Of a stretch of 64,000 nt of DNA, positions 20,886-28,946 are shown piece by piece (within the stretch, counting starts at the first letter, position 1; each line of letters starts with the position of its first letter). Origin of the DNA: a virus; IMG/VR virus record IMGVR_UViG_3300022074_000005; one strand, written 5' to 3'. Both the position numbers and the translations under genes were made by a program. The notes below the pieces were generated by a model. That model saw only the letters and a list, made by a program, of their open reading frames with translations, was not told the DNA's origin and did not search any database.

Positions 20886-20914
20886 ATTATACAGGTAAAC
20901 GCCAAACTTGTCAA
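20886..20914 (-). promoter_or_regulatory. sigma70-type early promoter, perfect consensus
   Basis: TTGACA-17 bp-TATAAT. Confidence 0.85.
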
Positions 20915-21273
20915 GGGTTATTTTGGTCAATGCTGTCGCAGCTGTGTATGGCCACCAGGCCTTTTTCGTGTGTAACTCTGAGAAACCTCTGAGAAAATGC
21001 CGAGGTGCCGCAGGATTTAAACACAAAGACCCTATATTCTTTTGAGCCTTTTTTTAGTTCTTCCGATTATCGATGTTTTGGGGTTCTCTTGTTCCTATTA
21101 CCTCTCATATAGTGCTCTCCTGGTTCGTAATTCCACTTCATACCGTGATGTCCTCTGATATCACAATAAAGCATTCGAAGTTTGACTATAAGTTTTCGTA
21201 TTGGTAATGGCATATTGGTAATTATTTATTATGGTGCGACATGGCCTTCGCTAGATTTCTGAAACTTTTTTCC

Positions 21274-21732
21274 TCATTCCCACACATAGAAGATGTGGTC
21301 ACCTATCTGTATGGTCTTTCTCTTCGTTGATGCCCACTCTGGTGTTACATATGTGGCGTGATAGTGCGTAGCGCCGAGCGTTATATCCTCTGCCTTTAAA
21401 GAATTAGCAATGGCGGCGGCCATCATTGCGTTCTTCCATGCTTCCTTATATCTGATCTTATCTGATTTACCATCGCAATACCAAGAGAATTGGCAACGAT
21501 TTTTTACGGGCCAATAGATAGGGTCTAGCGTATCATCGTTCCTTGTCTTCCAACTCTCATACACTGGTCCTTGTTCTACTACTTCGCATATAGTATTGGG
21601 AAATCTTTTGTCCTCTACTCTATTCAGTACTACTTGAGCGACTGCGACTTGACCCTCAAATGGTTGATTTTTTGCCTCGTGATATACATTCATTGCAAGA
21701 CATAAAAATCCAGCTGCAATTGTCTCAAACAT
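21274..21732 (-). CDS. Cell wall hydrolase, SleB / Hydrolase_2 family
   Basis: CLA.NVYHEA, AVAQVVLNRV, CQFSWYCDG, GATHYHA and IGDHIFY motifs. Confidence 0.9.
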   Translation of the reverse strand: MFETIAAGFLCLAMNVYHEAKNQPFEGQVAVAQVVLNRVEDKRFPNTICEVVEQGPVYESWKTRNDDTLDPIYWPVKNRCQFSWYCDGKSDKIRYKEAWKNAMMAAAIANSLKAEDITLGATHYHATYVTPEWASTKRKTIQIGDHIFYVWE

Positions 21733-22273
21733 TTCCTACCACCCATCCTACTAATGATTTTCTGATACCTTTTGTGACAGGTTTAACTCTATGCCATATA
21801 TGACTAGGAAAGACAATCATATCGCCTTTTTGTAATTTAAATGTTGTTGTAGTAGAGTACTCTGGTATCGGATGTGGATTGCATATTTCAAAATCTCCGC
21901 CCTCATAATCATCATTAAGACATAAAGTAAAACTTAACTTTCGTATAGTGTTATTTTCATAAGGCGTTAGTTGATCTACATGCCAGTTATAAAAATCACC
22001 TTCGTTATATATTGTGTATTGTAATGATTCAAATGCTGTTATTGAGTAATTCCACTTACTCTCTTTATTTGAAAATTGAACAAAATGATTTAATGTTTTT
22101 TGTAATTCTTTATCTGCATTTCTTATCCATGATATTTTAGAACTTCTATTTGCATGGTTACCATATGCTAGTTTTGCTTGCTCAATAGTTTGTGACTCGC
22201 CGTTGTTTATTATTTTGTCACAAAAACTATTTGGTATACACTCTTCATTTATATGATATATTTTATCATTCAT
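21725..22273 (-). CDS. 2OG-Fe(II) oxygenase (prolyl-hydroxylase-like)
   Basis: WHVD, RKLS, YEGG and FPS..WHRV.PV..G.RKSLV.W. Confidence 0.85.
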   Translation of the reverse strand: MNDKIYHINEECIPNSFCDKIINNGESQTIEQAKLAYGNHANRSSKISWIRNADKELQKTLNHFVQFSNKESKWNYSITAFESLQYTIYNEGDFYNWHVDQLTPYENNTIRKLSFTLCLNDDYEGGDFEICNPHPIPEYSTTTTFKLQKGDMIVFPSHIWHRVKPVTKGIRKSLVGWVVGNV

Positions 22274-22883
22274 TGTCTATATCCTTTCTAAAGTATGAAT
22301 CAACATGATTTTTCGTCAACTTTGGCGTTCTCTCGTTCAGTTTGTCATTGTATTGATTTGCATGTTCAAATATCTTTGGTTTGTCGATTGTGATATTGTT
22401 TTTCTGCAACATTTGTATATGTTCTTTGATTGTAGGGTGTCCTCTAAGTCCATTGTAAACTTTCTGTATGTCGGTATACGCTAGTGTATCGTTTTGTATC
22501 TTTGAATACAATAGTTTTAACATTTGTCCTTTGATTTTGTCAGTTTCCTCAAGATTTGCAAGAAGATTGGTGACATAGAATATTTTATGTGGTATTTTTT
22601 TGTATTGTAGTGTGTTTATAACTCCTTGACATATCGCCAGTTCTATGTCTGGTTTGACGTTAGAATGACGCCCTAGAAAAGTCCAACATATCGCAATCTC
22701 ATCGTCCTTGTCAATATCGTAAAAGTGTATGGCTTCATGTACACGACTTGCGATAAACAAATTACTCGCACCACCTTCTCCATGATTATAATGTTCTAGA
22801 TCATTTTGATATGCGTAGATATCCGCCCAAGTGCTTCCTTGAGAGTATTTTGTAAACGAGCAACCAAATGTAAAATATCTCAT
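22266..22883 (-). CDS. SGNH/GDSL hydrolase-like protein
   Basis: FGCSFT block I, G..GASN block and C-terminal HP. Confidence 0.55.
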   Translation of the reverse strand: MRYFTFGCSFTKYSQGSTWADIYAYQNDLEHYNHGEGGASNLFIASRVHEAIHFYDIDKDDEIAICWTFLGRHSNVKPDIELAICQGVINTLQYKKIPHKIFYVTNLLANLEETDKIKGQMLKLLYSKIQNDTLAYTDIQKVYNGLRGHPTIKEHIQMLQKNNITIDKPKIFEHANQYNDKLNERTPKLTKNHVDSYFRKDIDNE

Positions 22884-23608
22884 GTGCTAATGTCCAAGTC
22901 TTGAAACCAATTATAGTCAATTGATTCTCTCTTACGTAACCACGGTGGATTTTTATCAAGATTATATTTGTTAATAAAATCTGTTATCTCTTTTGTTGGT
23001 TGCATTTTAAATACCTCTATCAAATACTTTAAATGCTGTCTCATGCTTGGATGAGCATCACCATGTAGTGTATCATCTGGGTTTTGTATTTTACCCCCCA
23101 TACATACGTCAATCATGGATGGTTTAAGTTTTGATAGCACATCATGATATAATATTGCAATAGATGGTGTCATGCTCTTTTTAAAGTTTGCCATAGAAAA
23201 CATGTCAAATGGTATACCTGATTGTTGCAACATGTCATAAGAGTTTTGTATGATCATTGCGTCTCTCTGCGAATACAGCGATCTATCGTCCTCTGTATAT
23301 TCTCTGTCTTTATAGTTCATGACAATACTACCCTTGAGTTGCCATACGTTGTTTTCTATAATGCTATTACGATCAATATCTGTCCAACAGACCATAACCA
23401 AATCATTCTCATCGATATCATAAAATTTTATAGCTTGAGAGAGTCGAGTTCCGATAAACAGGTTACAAGCCGCAGAAGCGCCAAAGTTGTAAAATTTTTT
23501 AGGTTCTAGTTTTGCCGCAAGTATGTTCGCCCATGTGTTTAATCTGTATTTTGTAAAGCTACATCCAAATGTAAACAATCTTGCTGGTTTGATCTTGTTA
23601 ATATCCAT
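22880..23608 (-). CDS. SGNH/GDSL hydrolase-like protein (paralog of the neighbour)
   Basis: FGCSFT block I and C-terminal DAHP. Confidence 0.6.
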   Translation of the reverse strand: MDINKIKPARLFTFGCSFTKYRLNTWANILAAKLEPKKFYNFGASAACNLFIGTRLSQAIKFYDIDENDLVMVCWTDIDRNSIIENNVWQLKGSIVMNYKDREYTEDDRSLYSQRDAMIIQNSYDMLQQSGIPFDMFSMANFKKSMTPSIAILYHDVLSKLKPSMIDVCMGGKIQNPDDTLHGDAHPSMRQHLKYLIEVFKMQPTKEITDFINKYNLDKNPPWLRKRESIDYNWFQDLDIST

Positions 23609-24671
23609 ACTTTAGACCTCTGTGTGTTTCTAGTCTTTTTACGTATTCCATACCCTTAACATACATGTCATTATCAGCTTCTTTAAACAGTTCATCTTCT
23701 ATTTCTTTATTAGGAATATACCTTACCTTGTCTTTGTCTGGTATGTGTCGTATGGATAGTGTGTTAGGGTTTATTACTGCCGCCCATTCTATTGGTATGT
23801 TATAATGCTTCTCTATGTCTTTCAAGTCATATACATTTAGCATTGATACTGCAACATTGAGACAGTTGATGTCTTTACGATATAGTGCTAGGTTTTTCTC
23901 AAACTCAAATACATTGATAGGGTACCTTATCCACTTTAATTTCTTACCATAGTGATCTACAGAAACGTTAAGTATGAGTTTTTTAAATCGTTCCTTAATC
24001 CACTCAATAGAATAACCATCGTATTCTGTTTGTGTTAGATTAGTTGATATCAATATCTCTATGTTCTTGGCTTTGTCTTTTGGTATCTTTGATAGAAACG
24101 ACCACATTCTAGGTAGTTGTATTGGTTCACCCCCATAAAAACGTAATCGCTTTACGTAATCTATATTTGCAATAAGATTGTTTTCGACCTCTTCATATCT
24201 CTTCTTACCTAGATTGATAGGTTTGTCCATAGTCCAATCTGCTGACTCCATTTCATACCACATATTTTTTAGACCAGACTTTTGTAATTCTGCTCTACGT
24301 GTAGATGAATCAAATGGTATACACATATAACAACCTAGATTGCAAAATGTACCAAAGATACGTAGCTTTAAGTCTATGTTTTTTACGGTTGTTGGTAGGT
24401 CTTTGCCTTGGTTGTATTGTTGTCGATAAGATTCTTGTCCTTCGGCTTCTTTTTTGTAACAAACTTCACAACCAGCTATGGCTTTGCCTGATAAAGCATC
24501 ATCTCTGATCTGCTCCATCTTGGCTGATTTGAAATAGTCAAATGGCATCGTATTATGCAGGTTCATGTCGGCAATGTCAGGGTTTATATCAGCATGACAA
24601 CAAAATCTGTACTTTGATGCTGAGTCAGAAAATATCTCATTAAATAATTTTATGCAATATGTGTCATTCAT
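23598..24671 (-). CDS. Radical SAM protein with an N-terminal twitch/SPASM-like Cys cluster
   Basis: CNLGCYMC (CxxxCxxC), GGEP, and N-terminal C...CC...CxxC. Confidence 0.85.
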   Translation of the reverse strand: MNDTYCIKLFNEIFSDSASKYRFCCHADINPDIADMNLHNTMPFDYFKSAKMEQIRDDALSGKAIAGCEVCYKKEAEGQESYRQQYNQGKDLPTTVKNIDLKLRIFGTFCNLGCYMCIPFDSSTRRAELQKSGLKNMWYEMESADWTMDKPINLGKKRYEEVENNLIANIDYVKRLRFYGGEPIQLPRMWSFLSKIPKDKAKNIEILISTNLTQTEYDGYSIEWIKERFKKLILNVSVDHYGKKLKWIRYPINVFEFEKNLALYRKDINCLNVAVSMLNVYDLKDIEKHYNIPIEWAAVINPNTLSIRHIPDKDKVRYIPNKEIEDELFKEADNDMYVKGMEYVKRLETHRGLKYGY

Positions 24672-25122
24672 AATTTCTTTTTATGTATTTAACAACCTTG
24701 TCAGCAAGTGTTATATCGTCTTGTAGATTACCAACAACACTATTACAAGGTTGACATATGATACCCTTGAATTTACCTGTCTTGTAGTCATGGTCATATG
24801 TCCATACTGTTTTTTTCATCGTTCTTTGAAACAATCTATATTGTTCTAATATAGTTGGCTCATCACGACCACAACAATCACACACATGATTGTCTGGTAT
24901 TGCACCTATTTGTTTTTTGATATTGGAAACTTGTTTTGCGGCGATCTTATCACATGCTTTGCAATAGTTCTTATATTCTTTGTCACCATTTTTGTTATAT
25001 GACCTATGTGCGAAATCTGTATAATGCTTAGACTCATTGCATCTGCGACAAGTTTTTAGTTCATCATCAATTTGAACAGTTGATAGTTCATCGAAGTATG
25101 GGTTAACCATGTCATGCACCAA
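24664..25122 (-). CDS. Endonuclease VII-like (His-Me finger) nuclease, possibly homing type
   Basis: CxxC pairs, DHD..TGK..G.IC..CN..VG. Confidence 0.7.
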   Translation of the reverse strand: MVHDMVNPYFDELSTVQIDDELKTCRRCNESKHYTDFAHRSYNKNGDKEYKNYCKACDKIAAKQVSNIKKQIGAIPDNHVCDCCGRDEPTILEQYRLFQRTMKKTVWTYDHDYKTGKFKGIICQPCNSVVGNLQDDITLADKVVKYIKRNYE

Positions 25123-25438
25123 AATATGCCTTTAGTAATCCCATGACTAGCACCATGACTAGAGCACCATTTAACATAATCAGAGCTCTATCGTGCCACA
25201 GCATTCCTACTGTAAACCATCCAACAGTTCCTATCAAACTAAACCATAGATCAAACATTGGTAACGTGCCTGTTGCTCGACTAGCAACTGCTAGTAAAAT
25301 TAATACAGACGATGCCCACTTGACATACCATGATAGATCATGTCTTGGTGTTATCTTCTTATATACTCTTGATGAGTTTAATGCTTTTATCTTATCGTTT
25401 AATTTTTCATTCATATTAATAACTTGCATACAAAACAA
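25112..25438 (-). CDS. Small multi-pass membrane protein
   Basis: Three hydrophobic helices; W.VKW and WHDRALI.LN motifs. Confidence 0.6.
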   Translation of the reverse strand: MFCMQVINMNEKLNDKIKALNSSRVYKKITPRHDLSWYVKWASSVLILLAVASRATGTLPMFDLWFSLIGTVGWFTVGMLWHDRALIMLNGALVMVLVMGLLKAYFGA

Positions 25439-25682
25439 ATAATATACATGCTGTCCAAATTATTGCTAGAGTATGATTACCTAGATTACCCCAATCACTA
25501 TTAACTGTATTAGTTTGATCGTGAGGGTCTATTAGTTTTTGTTTTAACGTTTGGTTTTTTTCATCTATTTTGATTAATGGTGCCGAATGGGTATCATTAC
25601 CAAATTGATCTGTTGTATCAAATAATTCTAGTTGTTCTTTATCACTCATAAGGGTCTCCACAATAAGAGCCAAACCAATCAC
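25416..25682 (-). CDS. Hypothetical protein with a C-terminal TM helix (start probably at the internal MSDKEQ)
   Basis: ORF in a tightly packed operon. Confidence 0.5.
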   Translation of the reverse strand: MIGLALIVETLMSDKEQLELFDTTDQFGNDTHSAPLIKIDEKNQTLKQKLIDPHDQTNTVNSDWGNLGNHTLAIIWTACILFVLYASY

Positions 25683-25869
25683 CTTCGTTTGTTTTTAAAA
25701 TATGTCTGTTGTTATCGCTGTCGTAGTAAGATACTTTTTTTCTTACATCTTCAGCCCAATCACTACACTCATATACTGTCATTGGTTCTACACCAATGTC
25801 TGCAAGTTTAACACAATCCATTACGTACATGCCACCAACTAGCAATATAGCACAAAAGGTGTCTACCAC
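25642..25869 (-). CDS. Hypothetical protein
   Basis: ORF overlapping both neighbours. Confidence 0.5.
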   Translation of the reverse strand: MVDTFCAILLVGGMYVMDCVKLADIGVEPMTVYECSDWAEDVRKKVSYYDSDNNRHILKTNEGDWFGSYCGDPYE

Positions 25870-26090
25870 ATGCCCTCCGTATAAATTTGAAACTCTTCCT
25901 CTTTCTCATATCCAACAACGAAAGCACCTTTATCAATACCTACGTGTGTTTCGCCTGCTCGTTCTAATGAGAATGTAAAATCTTCGCCATCTTTGTATCC
26001 TAGATAATCGCCACCACGTTTGTTCGCCCAAAATTGTGCGACCCTTGAGCTCCTATGAACACTATAAGTTGCGTATTCTTTATTAGACAC
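25863..26090 (-). CDS. Hypothetical protein
   Basis: ORF overlapping both neighbours. Confidence 0.55.
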   Translation of the reverse strand: MSNKEYATYSVHRSSRVAQFWANKRGGDYLGYKDGEDFTFSLERAGETHVGIDKGAFVVGYEKEEEFQIYTEGMW

Positions 26091-26295
26091 CTAGCGCCCT
26101 CGTCATTTCTTCCTCTGTCAATGGTAAGTGTTTACCACTTGATAAATGATCGACCAATTGTTCGAAATAAAATGCCTCGTCTTCTTTACCTTCACTTTTT
26201 AATACTGTACCTGCCATCTTTAGACACTTAAAAAACTTCATGTCATTATGACTTGTATCTTTACTTTGATACTTACCTTTTCTTTGATTTGACAT
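26083..26295 (-). CDS. Hypothetical protein
   Basis: GAGG RBS; coupled to the downstream ORF. Confidence 0.6.
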   Translation of the reverse strand: MSNQRKGKYQSKDTSHNDMKFFKCLKMAGTVLKSEGKEDEAFYFEQLVDHLSSGKHLPLTEEEMTRALGV

Positions 26296-26392
26296 GTTTA
26301 ACCTCTTCCTTATTCCATAATACTAATAATCCCATAATCGCAAGATAGATTACTGCAAAACCAGCTAAAGACAAAAATACTTCAAATATCAT
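26273..26392 (-). CDS. 39 aa single-TM peptide (MIFEVFLSLAGFAVIYLAIMGLLVLWNKEEVKHVKSKKR), not in the ORF track
   Basis: Translated by hand; AAGGTG RBS; fills an operon gap. Confidence 0.5.
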   Translation of the reverse strand: MIFEVFLSLAGFAVIYLAIMGLLVLWNKEEVKHVKSKKR

Positions 26393-26498
26393 TTTTGTTT
26401 TCACCTTCTCTTTTCATCGCATAGAGTATCGCCGCAAACACAGCGACAGACACACCTATACCTAAAAAAAATAATAATATACCTGAAGTTAAATCCAT
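26382..26498 (-). CDS. 38 aa single-TM peptide (MDLTSGILLFFLGIGVSVAVFAAILYAMKREGENKNDI), not in the ORF track
   Basis: Translated by hand; overlaps the next ORF start. Confidence 0.45.
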   Translation of the reverse strand: MDLTSGILLFFLGIGVSVAVFAAILYAMKREGENKNDI

Positions 26499-26558
26499 GA
26501 TATAATTTTATGTACTAATAAAATACCACCAATAAGTGATACGCCTAATATTGCAAAA

Positions 26559-26771
26559 CTAAGCATGTGCCACCCCCTCATTAATATAGTCTGTTAACCA
26601 ACTTGTTAAGTCATCCTCAAATTCATCGTATCCAAGAAGTGACCAAGCACAGTCCTTATCTTTTAACTCGTTAACTGCAAGTTCGATTAACCAACCGTCT
26701 TTTACAGCATCAATTGCTTTAGACATAGCATTTTCTGCCTCTGTCCAAAAATAGTCTTTTGTTTTACTCAT
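26559..26771 (-). CDS. Small acidic early protein
   Basis: GAGAGG RBS and a sigma70 promoter directly upstream. Confidence 0.65.
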   Translation of the reverse strand: MSKTKDYFWTEAENAMSKAIDAVKDGWLIELAVNELKDKDCAWSLLGYDEFEDDLTSWLTDYINEGVAHA

Positions 26772-26792
26772 TATGACCTCTCTTTCATTATT

Positions 26793-26821
26793 AATATATC
26801 ACGATTCGTCTTGATTGTCAA
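26793..26821 (-). promoter_or_regulatory. sigma70-type early promoter
   Basis: TTGACA-17 bp-TATATT. Confidence 0.65.
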
Positions 26822-27014
26822 TGGTATTATTTTGTTCAGATGTTCTCTTTTTGTTCTTGGCATGGAACATCATTAAATTATCCCATTTTATATCGTAAGA
26901 TTTGTACAATCCACTTTCTTTGTGAGTTTTTAAGAATTCGACTCTTGATTTCTTAGTCTTACATTTTGCAAATGCATCATACATTTCTTTTAGTGCGGTA
27001 TCAGTTGTATTCAT
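26799..27014 (-). CDS. Small early protein
   Basis: AGAGAGGTT RBS and promoter upstream. Confidence 0.65.
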   Translation of the reverse strand: MNTTDTALKEMYDAFAKCKTKKSRVEFLKTHKESGLYKSYDIKWDNLMMFHAKNKKRTSEQNNTIDNQDES

Positions 27015-27044
27015 ATTAACCTCTCTGTTAGTTGATTCTCTTTA

Positions 27045-27073
27045 ATAATATAGGGTTGAGAGTATATTGTCAA
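27045..27073 (-). promoter_or_regulatory. sigma70-type early promoter
   Basis: TTGACA-17 bp-TATTAT. Confidence 0.7.
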
Positions 27074-27095
27074 GGCATAAAATACCCTTATTTTA

Positions 27096-27157
27096 GGGGG
27101 TATCCTACTATCCAAAAGGGTTTAAAACACCTGCTAGCGTGTCGCTAAGCGTGTCTA
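27096..27157. repeat. Intergenic ~62 bp element, copy A (copy B at 52961-53021)
   Basis: Manual alignment gives 53/62 identities; internal repeat GCT(A)AGCGTGTC x2. Confidence 0.85.
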
Positions 27158-27162
27158 ATTTA

Positions 27163-28116
27163 CTATATTTCTTCGTATTGAGACGTTTCTACGTTTCCTA
27201 CTGATTTTGTGACTTTTCTAATGCCCCCTTGATCTTGTACAATAGTTCTAATAGGGGTTGTGTTTTTCTTGATCTTTTTCTTTAAATTTTTTTGTCTAGT
27301 TTGAAGTCTTTGATACTTTCTAGTAATACTAGCGAGTTCATCTTTCCTCTTATTTTTGTTCTCTTTTTGTTCTTTTCTATCTCTAAATGACATATTGGCC
27401 GCAACAAGTAATAATACTGCAAGAGGGTCAAATACAAATATGAATATAATAATCAATCCTCTAACTGCCTCGTCTAACATGTCTTTGGCCTGATCCCCAT
27501 ATACCAATTCAGCAATATACTTGAGTGGTCCTACGTCTGCCTCTATGACTAACTGCTCTTTTTCTACTGCAAACTTCTCATTGTTTAGTTCTACTATCTT
27601 TGTTGTAGATGATTTGATTGCATTGTTAAGTTCAGTTCTTTCTTCTTCTTGTTTCTTTCGTTCTTTTAGTCCACGTGAAACATACTCCTTATCGATGTAA
27701 ACTTCTAATGCTTTATCTAATAATGCTAGTGTCTCTTCAGCTCTTATAATCTGTTTCTCTTCAAATACTATTTGTTTGTCAATAGTTGATATGATAAGTT
27801 GATTGTTACCTGCTGGTCTTACTTGGTCTAAGTGTGCTTTGGATAAGAAACCAAAGATACCAATTGATGTAATGAATATTAATACTAAGACTGCTGTAAA
27901 TAGATATGTTTTAAGAGCTCGTCCTAATAGTTTGTTTCGCCAGTTTTGATAAAGCCACGATGCTGTTACTAACTTACCAACTTCTAATGCACCACCCATG
28001 ATAGCGATCTGCATCGCAGCGCCACTGAATATTGCCATCAATCCTACGATTGAATAGAATGCAGCGATACCAGATATCGCTAGAGCTGTGAATAGTGTTA
28101 CCAATGCCATCAACAT
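27163..28116 (-). CDS. Membrane protein with a long coiled coil
   Basis: Three N-terminal TM helices, LEVGKLV, S.GIFGFLSKAH, VGPLKYIAE and FDPLAVLLL motifs. Confidence 0.65.
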   Translation of the reverse strand: MLMALVTLFTALAISGIAAFYSIVGLMAIFSGAAMQIAIMGGALEVGKLVTASWLYQNWRNKLLGRALKTYLFTAVLVLIFITSIGIFGFLSKAHLDQVRPAGNNQLIISTIDKQIVFEEKQIIRAEETLALLDKALEVYIDKEYVSRGLKERKKQEEERTELNNAIKSSTTKIVELNNEKFAVEKEQLVIEADVGPLKYIAELVYGDQAKDMLDEAVRGLIIIFIFVFDPLAVLLLVAANMSFRDRKEQKENKNKRKDELASITRKYQRLQTRQKNLKKKIKKNTTPIRTIVQDQGGIRKVTKSVGNVETSQYEEI

Positions 28117-28119
28117 AGA

Positions 28120-28785
28120 TTACTTTCTTCTCTTAAGGTCTAATTGATGTTTTATCCATTCTTTTGCTCTACCATTCCTTACTGGTTTTCTCAATAATGA
28201 TTTAACTCTTTTTGTAACCTCTCTAAACACATCTTCTTTTGCATCATTATTATCTACTACTATAAATCCTTGTCTAAAATGTAAACTAAACTTACCAATG
28301 TTACTTTGTACTGCCTTCCATGATCTAGTTAAAATTGGTTCTGGTACTTTTCTAGGTCTTTTTGCGTTTCTCTCTAATGCAACGTCTAATGATGTATTTA
28401 CAAATACCATATATGTGTCATATCCTAATTGTTTTAGATCATTTGATTGTCTTGCAATCTTATCATACTCTCTAGCTGTACCATCAATGATAAGTCCTAA
28501 TCGACCCTCGATATAGTTTGCTTGTCTTTTGGCTGTAAGTTTTTTTGCTCTAGTTCTAACGGGGTCTCGTAAATCTGCTTCCTTATCAGGCATCTGTAAA
28601 GACAGACCTGCTTTCTTTAATAGACTTTCAAAAGCATCGTCTGAGTTTACTACTTTAAGACCCTCACCTCTTATTGTTTTACCTGAAACGTAAGACTTAC
28701 CTGAACCAGGTCCACCAGCAAGAAATATTGCCTTAAATATATTTGGGTCGTAAACTCCCTCTGTCAGTTGTTCGAATTTTATCAT
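28120..28785 (-). CDS. P-loop kinase (zeta toxin / AAA_33-like)
   Basis: Walker A AGGPGSGKS, VNSD, IIDGT and ALERN..R.R lid. Confidence 0.75.
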   Translation of the reverse strand: MIKFEQLTEGVYDPNIFKAIFLAGGPGSGKSYVSGKTIRGEGLKVVNSDDAFESLLKKAGLSLQMPDKEADLRDPVRTRAKKLTAKRQANYIEGRLGLIIDGTAREYDKIARQSNDLKQLGYDTYMVFVNTSLDVALERNAKRPRKVPEPILTRSWKAVQSNIGKFSLHFRQGFIVVDNNDAKEDVFREVTKRVKSLLRKPVRNGRAKEWIKHQLDLKRRK

Positions 28786-28946
28786 TTGTATCTTCTCTTA
28801 ATTCCTTGTAATATTTATCACCACTATTATAGTTTGTTCTATGCTCATTTTGAAAAGTCATTCTTCTTAATTTGTGTTTTTTCTTTGTAGTCATTCTTAT
28901 ACCCCTTTAAGATTAATTAAGCATAATGATGAAATTAAGTAGCCTC

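Larger units (their letters stand above)
20600..21004. repeat. Four clusters of 10-11 bp phased YGAG repeats
   Basis: 20600-20629 CTCTGAGTAAACTATGAGGATTGCCGAGAC; 20976-21004 CTCTGAGAAACCTCTGAGAAAATGCCGAG; 20816-20853; inverted cluster at 20706-20732. Confidence 0.6.

Noticed and set aside
20600-21004. Degenerate CRISPR array
   Set aside because: Units are irregularly spaced, partly inverted and too divergent for repeat-spacer organisation
24664-25122. Intron-encoded homing endonuclease
   Set aside because: Flanking genes are intact and overlap it directly, leaving no room for intron structure
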